Origin: Paraspadella gotoi
Taxonomy: Eukaryota; Animalia; Chaetognatha
Length of the DNA: 49,469 nucleotides
Direction of reading: 5' to 3'
Assembly: GCA_051294375.1 (NCBI GenBank)
Contig: CM119270.1
Location: forward strand, 18,600,991-18,650,459
Shown here: in pieces, positions 29,693 to 43,400 of the stretch
Numbering within the stretch: position 1 is the first letter of the stretch
How the letters are laid out: each line of letters begins with the position of its first letter
Notes under the pieces: model-generated
Told to the model about the DNA's origin: nothing
The model's database searches: none
The model's input: the letters and a program-made list of their open reading frames with translations, nothing else
Translations under genes and position numbers: made by a program

Positions 29693-32600
29693 TTAATCAC
29701 CCATTGCGATTTTTAATCATCATAATCACGAAGATGATGATCATCATCATCATCATCATCTATTTTAAGGCGTGAATCGAAAGAGAGATTGTTTATGATC
29801 CCGGTTTCACACTCGAACCGTGACACGTGACGGAGTTCACGCGCGATCACGCCCCTACCGGTCGAAGCCGAAGATGAGTTGTGGTCTAGAAGTCAGAGAG
29901 GGAGAGAGGTCTCTTTTACCGATCTCCCTTCGCCTGTCCCCATGGCTTTTTCTCCCCTCTCTCCCCTCCCCCCATTATTCATTATCCCCTTCCCACTCTT
30001 CCTCCTCCCCCCCCCCCTCTCTCTCCCTCTCTCCCTCTCTGACTTCTAGACCACAACTCATCTTCGGCTTCGACCGGTAGGGGCGTGATCGCGCGTGAAC
30101 TCCGTCACGTGTCACGGTTCGAGTGTGAAACCGGGATCATAAACAATCTCTCTTTCGATTCACGCCTTAAAATAGATGATGATGATGATGATGATCATCA
30201 TCTTCGTGATTATGATGATTAAAAATCGCAATGGGTGATTATATGAGAATTATGATTTTGATTATGAAATTATGATTTCGATTATGAGAATATATAGATT
30301 TGATTATGAGAATTAGAGATTTGATATGATGATTATGAATTACGATTTTGATTATGAGATTATGATTTTGATTATGATATAGTAATTGAGAATACGATTT
30401 TGATTATGAGAATTATGATTTTGATTATGAGATTATGATTTTGATTATGATAGATTTATATAGAATTATGATTTTGATTATGAAATTATGATTTTGATTA
30501 TGAGAATTATGAATTATGATATTTTGAAGACTCTGATGACGGGTGAAGACGATAATGATGATGATCGTGATGATCGTGATCAAGATGATGCAACGATAAC
30601 TGAAGTGATAACTGAAGTGTATTCGTTTGGACAACGAAACTATCAAACACTAACTGCTGCAGTGACGCAATGATTTAAAAAAAACAATCCCAACGCCTGT
30701 TGCAACAACAGCAACAACAATCAAACAACAACAACAACAACAAAAGGAGGGCCACGTTGACCTCATTTCGAACTTCGCGTTTTTCTCTCAAGTTTTTTTT
30801 TTTAATTCGCTTTTCAATCGCGACTCTTTCACGACTTTTGATGGAGAGACGATGATGGAGTGATGGTGAGAGATGGATGAGTTATGGGGAAGAAGATGTT
30901 GGAGTTAGGGGAGAGGATGATGGAGTGAAGGTGAGAGGTTGTTGGAGTTAATGGGGGAGAGGATGATGAGTAATGGAGGAGAGGATGAGGGAGTGATGGT
31001 GAGAGATTGCTGGAGTTATGGAAGAGGATGATGGAGTTAAGGGGAGATGAATGATGGAGTGATGGTAAGAGATTGCTGGAGTTATGGGGGAAAGATGACG
31101 AGTTAAGGGGAGAGGATGATGGAGTGATGGTGAGAGATTGCTGGAGTTATGGGGAGAGAATGATGGAGTTAAGGGCGAGAGGATGGGGAGTTATGGGGAG
31201 AGGATGATGGGTGATGGCGAGAGATTGCTGGAGTTATGGGAAGAGGATGATGGAGTTATGGGAAGAGGATAATGGAGTGATGGAGAGCGAGGTGATGGGC
31301 GACGAAGCCTGGAGTTAATCATTAAATGGAATATGGAGTATTTGTGATAATGTATTATATTCGATAATGAAAGGATGTTGGTGAAAAGTCTTTTGTTCAC
31401 GGGTCACGGGTTGTGGTTAGGGATGTGATCATTGATCTTAGTGGTAGGTTGTGGTCATGGATTGTGGTGAGAAGGGTTGTGGTCATGAATTGTACTTGGG
31501 AAAGTTGTGGTCATGGATTGTGGTGAGAAGGTTTGGTTCGGGGATTGTGGTGAGGGTTGTGGTGAGGGGGTGTTGGTTATTCATCGTAGTAGGAGGTTTT
31601 GGTCATGGATTGTAGTAGGGCTAGTGGAGAGGGATTGTGATGAGATGTGGAACGAAGGTCGTGAATGTGAATGTGAATGGAGACGAAGGTCGTGAATGTC
31701 GGTCGATAAAATGACTATCGATCCGAGAGCGGGAAAACGTAAAGGGGTTGGTCTGTCGGTCCTTTAGTAGGTCGGTCCGTCAGTCTTTCTATTGTCCGAG
31801 CTTCTTAGGTAGGAGGTGTCAGTCTGAAACTGTTTGCCTTGATTTTTTTTCGTCAATTTTTGAAACAAAAAACTGGCGAGATTTATAGTAATTATATAGA
31901 TAATTAAATTTAGTTGCCTTTTTAATTTCCGAAATTATTTTGCGTTTGTTTTTTTCGATGCGAAGTCGATAATTATTCCTCCTTTTGTCTTCTCCTCATT
32001 CATCACTCCCCCCCTCTCTCCCCCTCCCGTTCACTGGTCATAACCGAGTTTCCCATACAACGAACGCGCATCATCTTTCTCTCTCTCACTCTCACACAGA
32101 CTGGCCTGTCTCACTCTCACAGCTTCACTCTTTCTCCTCACGCTCACCGGCTCACACCTATCAGTTTCATCGTTTGTACCTCGCCGTCGGGTTTTTGAGT
32201 GAAACTGACCATTTTTTTTGGGGGGGGGGTCGAAGGTTCGTTCGTTTGTTCGTCGTTTCTTCGTTTTCATTGTTTTTTTTTTAAACATTTAATTCCACGA
32301 TCTGTCGGTTTTTTTTGTTTTTTTCTTTTCATATTTCACGAACTAAACAATTATTTTTTTCTTTTCTTACAAAAAAAAATTAAGCTGCCCTGTCCTTATA
32401 CTTCTGACGGCTCCTTATCTATTCACCCTCTATTCTTCGTTTTAACTGTGAAGTGAGACAATCACGGGAGACAGAAAAAAAAACGCGTGAAGAGAATGTT
32501 TTGTGAAATTCTCTTATCGCCCGAAATTTGTACGTTTTATAATCTTTTTCATATTTATGATTATGATTTTAGTTTTATCTTATATTTTTATTTGATTTGA

Positions 32601-32706
32601 TTTGATTTATTTTTTTCTAAAACCAAAAATCGATTCCACAAAATAATATACGAAGAAACGCAAACGACATTTTTTTTGCGTCACTTAATGAATTGAAGTG
32701 CGGCGT

Positions 32707-32771
<65 letters not shown>

Positions 32772-34745
32772 TTCTCTCTCTCACGTCGCTAAAGGGGAAT
32801 GTTTCCTTGCCGGTCGAGAAAGAAGACTTAATGGGCGTGATCCAATTTGAATTCAAGCAGACTTTGACTCCAGCCGCTTAATCTCTCTCTCTGCTCTCTC
32901 TCTTCTCTCTTCTCTCTCCCTCTCTACTCTCCCTCCCTCCCAGCCACTCCCTCCAACCTTTTCATAATTTTATCTTTTTTTCTTCTCTATTTTAGGAATT
33001 CACTGCAGCTGAGATCGTAGTTTTTCCATCGGAAAAAAAAACAACGAATCCACGAAACAACAAACAGAACCATAAAACAAAACTAGGATTTAAACAAAAT
33101 AATAAAAAAACCAAACTAAAGATTAAAACCCAACTGAAAAGGGAAAAGATAGATTCCGTCTTCAAAAAAGGAGATTTATCACGAAAGATTATCACAAAGT
33201 TTATCACCAAGTATCACCAAGGCCAAACTTTCTTTTCTCCTCGATTTTTATTCTCCCTTTCGTTTCTCTCCTCCCTTCCTCGTTCGCGTCACTCTCTCTC
33301 TTCCGCTGTATAAAATCACTCGTTTCAACCCGCTCTTCTTCTCTGCCTCCTCGAAATAAAAAAAACAAAAAAATTCGGACTCAATTTTTCGATTTAAAGA
33401 TCGATTTGGAAATTTTTGGCGCAAACTCATCTTCCCGCCAATTTCATCTCCTTACCGTCTCTTCGCCTTCCGTCTTCGCTACGCGTCGTTGCTTCTTCGC
33501 TCCGCCAGGTGACACGATCGTTAAAGATCGACGAACGCCTGCTAACCCATCTCAACTCAACGCCTCACTTAGCGACGCCGCTTGACGCAAAACGCCCTAA
33601 AGCCGATTTAAGCGCCGGAAAAAAAGACGGCGTCATTCGTCGATTGGCGTGCACAGGCGATCCGCAAATGGAAGGGAGACTATGGTTGTTGAATTCTATT
33701 TATTAAATAGTAATAATTTATTGGCGAGGGTAATGTTCTAATCTCGCTGATGTAGTGGTCAATTATAGTCGCATAGTAATTCATATTCGTTTTTTCACGA
33801 TTTTCAAAAAAGATTCGATATATACGCGAAGCCAATCGAAGGAATCAGTTCAACCGATAAGAAACATATATTAGGTGTACCAATTTCATATACTTCGGCG
33901 CCTGAAAATCTAATTTTTTTCCCCCGATATTAATCAATTTCAACATTAGTTTGTTGATCAACGATTCCATTTGTTTGCGTGACTTGCGTCAATAGTCGCA
34001 TCGCGACAGTATCGCTACCACAACTCCGATTAGTCAGTTCAACGTTAAGAGAACACATATTACTGGTCTATACCATTTTCATATACTCGGTGCCTGAAAA
34101 ACAAATTTTTTTTCCCGGTATTTAATAAAACTATAACATTAGTTTGTTGTCGAAAGCCGATTCCCATATTGTTGGCGGTGACTTTGCGTCATAGCGCATC
34201 GCGCAGTATCGCTACCGCACGGTCTCGTGCCGTCTCATCTACGTCTTCTTTCTCGTACTGACTTTCTATCAATAAGGGGGGGCGTTTTTTCAATGTCAAC
34301 AACCTTAGACACCAGCTCGTCTATCAATTTATGCTGCTTTTGCTTTAGTTTTAATCCTTGATAACGTCTCTTTGAGGAACGGTTTATAAATTTTATGATA
34401 TATTGTGGAGTTATAAAGAGACGAAGTTCAGATCGAGAATGATTTATTCATCCAACGAATAATACGAAAATCAATCCAAATATGTAAGTCTAAAACCATA
34501 AAATAAACTGTACAAGAGACCGCTGGGTACACCGGTAGAGAGTGGGAGTGACCGGTGATCGGCCAGTGATTGGAGAAGAGAGATGATCGGAGAAGGTCGC
34601 ATGTTTCTGTTTGCCACAATATATTGAATATATACAAGAAAAGGTGACCTCCCTGTATTCTAACTCTTTTAATACATCGCAGGAAGGAGGCTACAAGAGA
34701 ATTCCCTCGGATCTTNNNNNNNNNNNNNNNNNNNNNNNNNGGTGA

Positions 34746-34779
<34 letters not shown>

Positions 34780-35557
34780 ATAGAAAGGTCCTGGGAAAAT
34801 TGCAAAAGAAATAGAACATGACCAAATTTTCCATTTCAACAAAATCATTAAAAGGGGTTGTAAATATTTTTATAATATAAATATATAATATATAAATATA
34901 AATTAAATATTTATTTAAATTTACAACAACGACAGGATTTTAAGTCGGACTCGTTTCGGCTTTTTACTTACAAGCCTTCATCAGCACTTGACAGTTGAAA
35001 AAATTCGAATCATTCGAAATTGTTTGAAATTTAAATTCGGTCGCCTTCGGTCGCCACCTTTACGAAAAAGTTCCGACGGCGAAAACGATTAAGACGAATG
35101 AAATTTAACATTACTTCCTCAAAATATCAACTTTTAAAAATATATATATTAAAAAAAAAAATCATAACGAAATTGGACCACTATAGTAAAATAAATATTA
35201 AATGTAAGAACAACGAAGTGAGAAGAATTTCGGCGACTACAAGGGACGTCGTTTTACCCTCTACTTTCTTCAACGGAAGAAGTTACCTGACAACCAACCA
35301 TAACCACGACGACGACGACAGCGACGACGACAACAGCCACCATTGTTTTACCGCTCATTGACAGGCGATGAAGATGAGCTAAAACAACCTTTATATTGAT
35401 AGGGGATGTTCGATCAGGCGTCGTTGGACTGTCGCCTGTTATTGCCTGGCACGAACGAGAAGAAGGGAACAACACTTTTGCAAATTTGTAAGATTTCCGA
35501 AAATTGGCTCGAAGATTTTTAAGAGCGAGTGACCAACAAAGGATCGTTAATCCTATG

Positions 35558-35657
35558 CAATCAAGGCAGTTCTATCCAATCAAGGCAGTTCTATCCAATC
35601 AAGGCAGTTCTATCCAATCAAGGCAGTTCTATCCAATCAGGGCAGTTCTATCCAATC
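35558..35657. repeat. 19-bp tandem repeat, 5 copies
   Basis: Unit CAATCAAGGCAGTTCTATC. Confidence 0.92.
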
Positions 35658-37224
35658 TGTTTAAGTCAAACCAATTAATTCATCCCATTCTTCGATCAAT
35701 CATTTCAAATCAAATTTGAAACTTGGAAAGATTTCATATCAATATCTTCTTCCAAAACGACTGGACAATGGATCGGCGAATTATCTTCCACAAACTGACT
35801 TTTAATGTGAACTCGTTTTCTCTCTCGATGGTCAACACGAAGACGACGACGAAAATGACGACGATGAAAACGACGACGACAAGACGAAGACGAAACGAAT
35901 GCGAAGACGGCGACTCTGACGATTACGTCAACGCGACGATAACGACTACTAAAACACAAATGGATTAATAGTAACTTAAACATTAAACAACAACAAAAAA
36001 ACAATAACCGCAAAAAACGAAAATCATTAATATCACAAAAACCCTTAACAGCAACGACTATCATTAATGATGTCGGTGAAGAATGAAAAACGGTCTATGA
36101 ATTAATTTGACGTATTAAAAGTTAATTTTTTGAAGAAAAAAAATATATACTATATATAGATTGCCAATTTTTTCCCCCATTTTTTTGGGTTACATTTATT
36201 TGTACTACAAATTGTAGTGAGGCAGCGCGATAGTGAGCTAGCGACAGCGAGTTGATGCTTGAGTGCTCCAGATAGAAAATAGATATCGTAGTACGAAAGC
36301 CATATGACAAATTAATTTTTAAAAAATTACAATCGAACCCGATCAAAAGGAAAAAAAAAATCCCAATTATAGAAAACTTTCGACAAAACAATAACTCCAG
36401 TCGTAATAAACAATAACTCTCTAATAATAAGCGTGTTATTCGAATGCAACAAGGTTGATTCAGTACAGAAAACAAACAAAACATACATAAGTCTGCGTAA
36501 TAAGGATAAACGATTTAACGAAAGTTCCGACACAACGAAATTCCGCTACAGCTAAAACGAGCGATCGAGAAAAAACCCTTTCACTTTCACCTTGGGGAAG
36601 AAGAGAGAACAAATTTTCATTGTTTATTTTTTGAGTCGAATTTCGATCCTCGAACAAAAGATCACAAGTTTTTTTTTGTGCGAAAGAAAAAAAAAGGAGA
36701 AAAAAGAAAAAAAAAGTCGCACGTGCATCGAGAGATTCGCAAACGCGTTTCCGATCTTCCAGTTTTCTTTCCGTTTTGTTTTTTTCTGTTTTGCTTTTAC
36801 GTTTTTCGTTCAGTTTTCTAGTTTGTATTTTTTTTTCAGAGCGAAAATTGGAAATGAAAGAGAAAAAACTAAACCGAAGACGAAGAGAAAAAAGGATTTC
36901 AGGCGGAAACTGAACTTGAAAAAAATTAGTTTGAAAAAAAATTCGCCCGGGTTTTTTTTTTTAAATTTTTTTTTGTGGCTTAACTTTTCTTCGAATTATT
37001 ATTTTTTTTAAAACGAAAAATCACGATGTTGTTTTTTCAATTTAATTCAAAATCGAAGTCATTTTTGTAAAAGAATTTTGGTTAAACTTTTTCGAAAGAA
37101 AAAAAATTTTCATTCCTCGAGTCAGTGTTCATTTTTTTTTCAGGTTAAGTTTTGGGCGAAAAAAAAGGAATCTCTCTCTCCTTCCTCTCTCTCTCTCTCT
37201 CTCTACTTCAGCTCCGTTCTGCTG

Positions 37225-37340
37225 TGTTGATGATGTCATGACTGTTTTATTTTCCGGGAGCGGCTGCTGACGTCACCAGACGCTCAACCAATCAGATTCG
37301 TCGAATGTCTCGTCCATATTGAACGCTCACCAATGGAGTA
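37225..37340. promoter_or_regulatory. Putative promoter: CRE plus paired CCAAT boxes
   Basis: Perfect TGACGTCA at 37268-37275 and a variant TGATGTCA near 37231. CCAAT boxes at 37288 and 37330 share an ACGCTCA(A)CCAAT context, 42 bp apart, between CT tracts. Confidence 0.5.
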
Positions 37341-37355
37341 CTCATTCCTTCTCTC

Positions 37356-37387
<32 letters not shown>

Positions 37388-38097
37388 ATCTCTCTCTCTC
37401 TCTTCTCTCTTTAACTCTTCTCTCACTCTCTCCCACTCTTCTCTATATTTCTCTCTCCTCGAGCAGCAAAGATTTTAATGAAGTAATGGTTGAAAAAAAG
37501 CTTAGAAAAGCGAGACCACGATAGGAAATCGAGCTCGGACAGGAAGAAACTCTCTCNNNNNNNNNNTCTCTCTCTGCAGTGAAGTAGTTGTAAATAAAAC
37601 TCGCTGTAAATAACCTTAACACAAAAACGACAACGACAACCACTCTGACATTAACGACATTCAGGACTCGAAGGGACAACGAAAAGAAAAACCAAATTAG
37701 GTCAATCACCCACTCTGATTTGTCACATTCCGGCACACGGATACGACAATCACTTTATCAATCATTAACCAATCAATCCCACCAATCACAGGAAAAACAA
37801 ACCGCACTCCCTTCGATCAAAATCGAATTAAAAAAAATCTAATTAACCCACAATAGTAGTAAATGAAATTAATTAATCCCGCCTACACTGGAAGTCATCG
37901 AATGAAGCCACCAATCGAGAAAAAACTACAACTACAACAACTTTTTTTTTTATGGACAAAACGACAAATCCATTTCACGAAACGAACCTCGCCTTCCTTT
38001 CCTTCTTTTTTTCCTTTTTTTCCTTTTTTCCTTTCTCATTTCCTTCTTTTTTTTTCCTATTCTTTCACTCCCAACCCCTTCTCTTTCTAGTTCATCG

Positions 38098-38330
38098 ATA
38101 ATCTTCCACCTATGTATCTCTAATCTCCCTTTTCTCTCTCTAATCTTCCCCCTCGCCTAATCCTCTCTTTTCCTCCAACCTCTCCTCAATACTCTCCCTT
38201 CTTCTCCTCCTATAATAATAATCTTCCACCTATGTATCTCTAATCTCACTTTTCTCTCTCTAATCTTCCCCCTCGCCTAATCCTCTCTTTTCCTCCAACC
38301 TCTCCTCAATACTCTCCCTTCTTCTCCTCC
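38098..38330. repeat. 120-bp tandem duplication in the putative 3' UTR
   Basis: ATAATCTTCCACCTATGTATCTCTAATCTC... occurs at 38098 and 38218. Confidence 0.88.
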
Positions 38331-38410
38331 TTCCTCTCCTCAGTAATTGTCCTCCTCCTCTGCTTCTCTTGCTCTCTCCCCCCTCTCCTCTCCCCCCTCC
38401 TTCTCCTCCC

Positions 38411-38775
38411 TCAATATTCATCCTCCTCTTCCTCTTCCTCCTCCACCACAACAGCCTCGTTCTGATCCTCGTAGTGATGGGGATAGATCTTCTTCATCGT
38501 TTCCTCGACGCGCGGTTGGATCGTCTTCAGGCGCTCCTCGCAGGCCGCGTCCTGGGATAATAATGATGCGGAGTAAAATAAAATAAAATAAAATATACTA
38601 CTTCATTGATAGGGAAGCCAAGTGGTCTAGAAGTTTATAAAGTAGACTGAGAGAGAGCCTTGATTGAAAGCTTGCGGGGTTCTGCTATGTTATTATCTTG
38701 AAGTAGGGATAGAGCCCTTAACATACCAGAGATATGATAGCTTATTTATTGAATGAATTTTAAATTGGTATTAAT

Positions 38776-38821
<46 letters not shown>

Positions 38822-40435
38822 TAATTTCACCTGTTTTTCATTTTTGTCGGCGTCGGATTCTTCTTTCCAGTTTCTCGTCAATCAATTCCTAGGACAATGA
38901 AAAAGGATTTGAATCACAAATGACCAATGACTATTTATAAACCACACGTTTACATTCCCAAACTTAAGCCCCTGACCCAAACCGTTGATGGCTCCATACA
39001 GATTATCTATACCCTAACCCTAACCTTAAACTTCTTTGAGGCAGGAATCAGCATTAGCTATTATCGTTAAAGTCAGAGATTTGCTGAAAGATTAAAACTA
39101 GATATTATAGTTAAAATTAAGGAACGGAAATGGAAACTCTTTCGGAAAATAGTGAAAATAATGAAAGTTTATACCCAACGCCCATGATAACATATTCCCC
39201 TCCTTATACTTATCGTCTAGCAAACCCCTGACCACAATGCTAATCGCTCAACGCCCCCTTTTTCGGGTCACCCCCACAACCCAATCCACCCCCGCACCTC
39301 CCACCCGTCCTCCAAAACCTGCATCCCCTCGTCGTATCCGCAGAGTCTAAAGTCCAAAAGTCGCAGACTCTCGTTGACGTCCAAAGCGTCGATGATCCGG
39401 ATGGGATACGCCAGCGGCGGCACCGGCGGCGGCCCCTGAGGCGGCGGCGGCGCTGCGGTCGCCGACTGCGGCGTCACGTGAGAGGCGCATTCGAGACACT
39501 CGTCTTCGGGGTGTTCGCTTCCGTGATGGGAATGCTTGGAATGATGGGAATGCTTGGAATGCTTGGAATGATGGGAATGCTTGGAACATCCCTGGAAAAA
39601 ATTATTTGATGTTGTCATTAACTTTTATATCAAATTTTGAATATTATAAATTTAAAAAAAACTACAAATACAGACCACGACGTTCTACATACACTCGCGA
39701 GAAATTATGTATAATAATTAGTTTAAATATAATAAAAAACAAAAAAAAGTTTAAAAACAAAGACGAAAAAAGGCAAAACAGAAAATAACAAAAACAAAAA
39801 AAACACATTCAACTCACCGAATGCCTCGCCTCTCCGCTTCCCTTGTCTGCCTCCTCCCCTCCTCCCTCAACTCCTTCCACCCCTTCCTCCGCCTCTCCCT
39901 CCTCCTCCTCCTCCTCCTCCTTCGGCTTAATCCCGAATCGGTTGCAACTGACGTCGAGCCTCTCGATCGTCTTCGTCCTCGAAATGAGTTGGATGAGCGA
40001 CTCCATGCACTCCTCCGTCAAGTCGTTGGCCGCCAAGTTGATCGAGATCATCTTGGCGAGCGGCTTGGGCGGCTTCCACTCCGGCCAGGGGATGCCGACC
40101 GGGATCGGGACGAGGGCCTCGATGATCCGGTTGCCCGCCTCGTCGCCGATGCGGTTCAGCCGGAGGTCCACGTGTTGGAGAACCTTTGGGGAAGCAATCG
40201 ATCGATTAATCGGACAAACTATTAAGTAAATCGATCCGACAATTTATGAATCAATAAATCAACGAGACAATCAAGTAATCGATCAATGAATCGGATGATA
40301 AATTTAAGAATAGGAGATTAGTTCCATCAAATGATAATGTAATAATAAATCAACTTATCAATGAAACAATTAATAAATCAATCAATAAGAAACACAATCA
40401 ATCAATCAATCAATCAATCAATTCAAGCAATCAAC

Positions 40436-40469
<34 letters not shown>

Positions 40470-43400
40470 CGCACCCCGGGATATTTCTCCAAAATCCTCC
40501 CGAAGTTAGCGCCGCCCGCTGGACCCAATTCATTGTCGTAGAGATTGAGTCGCGAGATTTTGCAGTCGCTTCGTTTGAAGATCATCCAGAGGGCGCGCAT
40601 GCCGTTGGCGCGAATTCTGGTAGGGGGGAGGGCGGAGAGTCAGAGAGTAGAAGGGGGAAAACAAATGATTCATCAATAAACGAAGAAAAGTATTATATTA
40701 AATATCCATCGTGAGACAAAAAAAAAAATTATGAGACATCATTTAAGTTATAAACATTTAAAACGTAACGGCCACTCATCTGGCCACCCACTTTGGCCAC
40801 CCCTTTGCACTTTGGCCACCCCTTTGCTTTTTGGCCACCCCTCTGGCCACTCCCGTGGGCNNNNNNNNNNCCACCCACTTTGGCCATCCCTCTGCCCACT
40901 CCCGTGGGCCCACCTCAAGCCAACCCTCTGGCCACCGATCTTACCACTCCGCTAGCCAACCCTCCGGCCAAACCTATTGTGACTAATGTCGAGCTCCTCC
41001 AGCGTCGGATGCCCCTTGATTCCCTGAGACAAGACGCGAATCTTCTCGTCGTTGATGGCGCTGTTGCTGATCCGCAGCGACGTCAAGTGGGAGGCGATGA
41101 AAGCTTCGGCTAAATGGGCGCAGTCCACCAGCGTGAATTCGAAGAACCGCCACTCGAAGTTGTCAACGGCGTAGCGGACTTGGTATCGAAGATCCAAGGA
41201 GTAGAGGTAAGGCTGGAGCGGTTGGGGAAAGAGGGGAGTAGGTTGATGGAGCGGACTTGGTATCAAAGATCCAGGAGTAGAGTGGGGAAGGCTGGAGCGG
41301 GTTGGGGAAAGAGTGGAGTAGGTTGAATGGAGCGGACTGGTATTGAAGATCCAAGGAGTAGAGGTGGGGAAGGCTGGAGCGGGTTGGGGAAAGAGGGGAG
41401 TAAGTGATAGAGCGAACTTGGTATCGAAGATCCAAGGAGTAGAGGTGGGGAAGGCTGGAGAGCGGGTTGAGGAAAGAGGGGAGTAAGGTTAATAGAGCGA
41501 ACTTGGTATCGAAGATCCAAGGATAGAGGTGGGGAAGGCTGAGTGGAGTTGGGGAAAGAGGGGAGTAGGTTGATAGAGCGAACTTGGCATCGAGATCAAG
41601 GAGTAGAAGGTGGGGAGGCTGGACGGGTTGGGGAAAGAGGGAGAGTAGGTTGATGAGTGGACTTGGTATCGAAGATCCAAGAGTAGAGGTGGGGAAGGTG
41701 GAGCGGGTTGGGGAAAGAGGGGAGTAGGTTGATGGAGCGGACTTGGTATCGAAGATCCAAGGAGTAGAGGTGGGGAAGGCTGGAGCGGGTTGGGGAAAGA
41801 GGGAGTAGGTATTGATAGAGCGAACTTGGTATCAAAGATCAAGGAGTAGAGGTGGGGAAGGCTGGAGCGGGTTGAGGAAAGAGGGAGTAGGTTGATGGAC
41901 GGGACTTGATAGCGGAGATCCAAGGAGTAGAGGTGGGGAAGGCTGGAGCGGGTTGGGAAAGAGGGGAGCAGGTTGATGGAGCGGACTTGGTAGCTGTGAT
42001 CCAATTTTACTAAGGGGTGAACTTAGGTAATATTTTGCCTGATTAACTGAGCAAAGTGTTTCTGAAATTGCCTAGGTAAAGAAATGATTTTTCTTAATAA
42101 AATATAGGCAATTTCTGAATCAAAATATTTTGCTTATATTTATTTTTAAAGATAAATAAAACAATATATTTTCTTTTATTGTTTTAATTTCGTTATAAAA
42201 CTATATTTTCAATTTGTTATTACTATATTTTAAGCCCAAAAATACTTTTCCCAGATGGTATGAAATATGATTATCATAGTAGCATGGCATTAAGTCTATA
42301 ATCTTACTTGGCTACTACAGAACCAGAACCAATAAAATTATTAAGGAAGATTAATTAATTGATATTAATTAATTAATTCATTAATTAACAGATAGTAAAG
42401 AAATTAGTAATAACAATGAGGATGCATACTTTTAAAGAGATTTGCAATGTACATAATTCAGTTGTATCCTGATATGATTGACAAGATTAAAACCTCGATC
42501 AAAGATGATGTAACAATGTACCCAAGACTCAAGTCCGCCATAAATATTTTGTATCTTATTAAAAATGGCAAAGCTTACTAGAATTCTATGCAGAATATGA
42601 TATGGATTACTCAATACCTCCCAAGCTGATTATATTAAAAATTCGAGCTCATATAGAAAGTGAATATCCTATGGATATATTTTCAAATATTGTGTTGTTT
42701 CTTTCTTTGGTTGTGTTTTTTAGTTTGGAGAAGAAAAGAATTTCTTTAACAACAACAACTTTTATTATGATTAAACATACATGTTTCGACTTAATTTGCA
42801 ATTCTTCATCAGTGCTTATTTATTTTGATAATAACATAATTTTTTGTTTCACAAGTAAACAGTGAGAAGGATGGAGGGAAAGAGAGAGAGAGAGAGAAAA
42901 ATAAATGTTTCTAACAAAGAAATAAAAAAAAGGACAGTGGTCAGTTTTGGGATAGGGTAAGTTTGAGCAGAGAGAGAGAAGGTGGTGAGGAAAAGAAATT
43001 AAAATTTGCAGAGAGAGAGATGCAGAGGCCAATACATTATACATCTTATACATCTTATACATTATTCATCTTTCTTTCTCTCTGCCAAATTTCATTTCTT
43101 TTCCTCACCACCTTCTTTCTCTCTGCTCAAACTTACCCTATCCTCAAAGCTGACCACTGTCATTTTTTTAATTCTTTGTTGGAACATTTATTTTCTCTCT
43201 CTCTCTCTCTCTCTTTCTCTCATCCTTTTACTGTTTACCTGTGAAACAAAAAATTATGTACTATCAAAACTAAATTAGCACTGATAAAGACTTGCAAATT
43301 AAATCAAACATGTATGTTTAATCATAATAAAAAACATTGTTGTTAAATTTTTTTTTTCTCTAAAAATCCAAAAAAGGTTTCCTTCTATTTTTTCATCATT

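Larger units (their letters stand above)
25150..34715. repeat. 9.6-kb palindrome: arms 25150-29909 and 30026-34715, ~116-bp loop
   Basis: The apex GATGAGTTGTGGTCTAGAAGTCAGAGAGGGAGAGAGG / CCTCTCTCCCTCTCTGACTTCTAGACCACAACTCATC is perfectly complementary for ~200 bp. The outer ends AAGATCCGAGGGAA / TTCCCTCGGATCTT match, and the right arm stops at an N-gap. Confidence 0.95.

Noticed and set aside
39011-39028. CCCTAACCCTAACC telomere-like motif (also degenerate GGTAA runs at ~23650-23680)
   Set aside because: Only about two units, internal, expected by chance.
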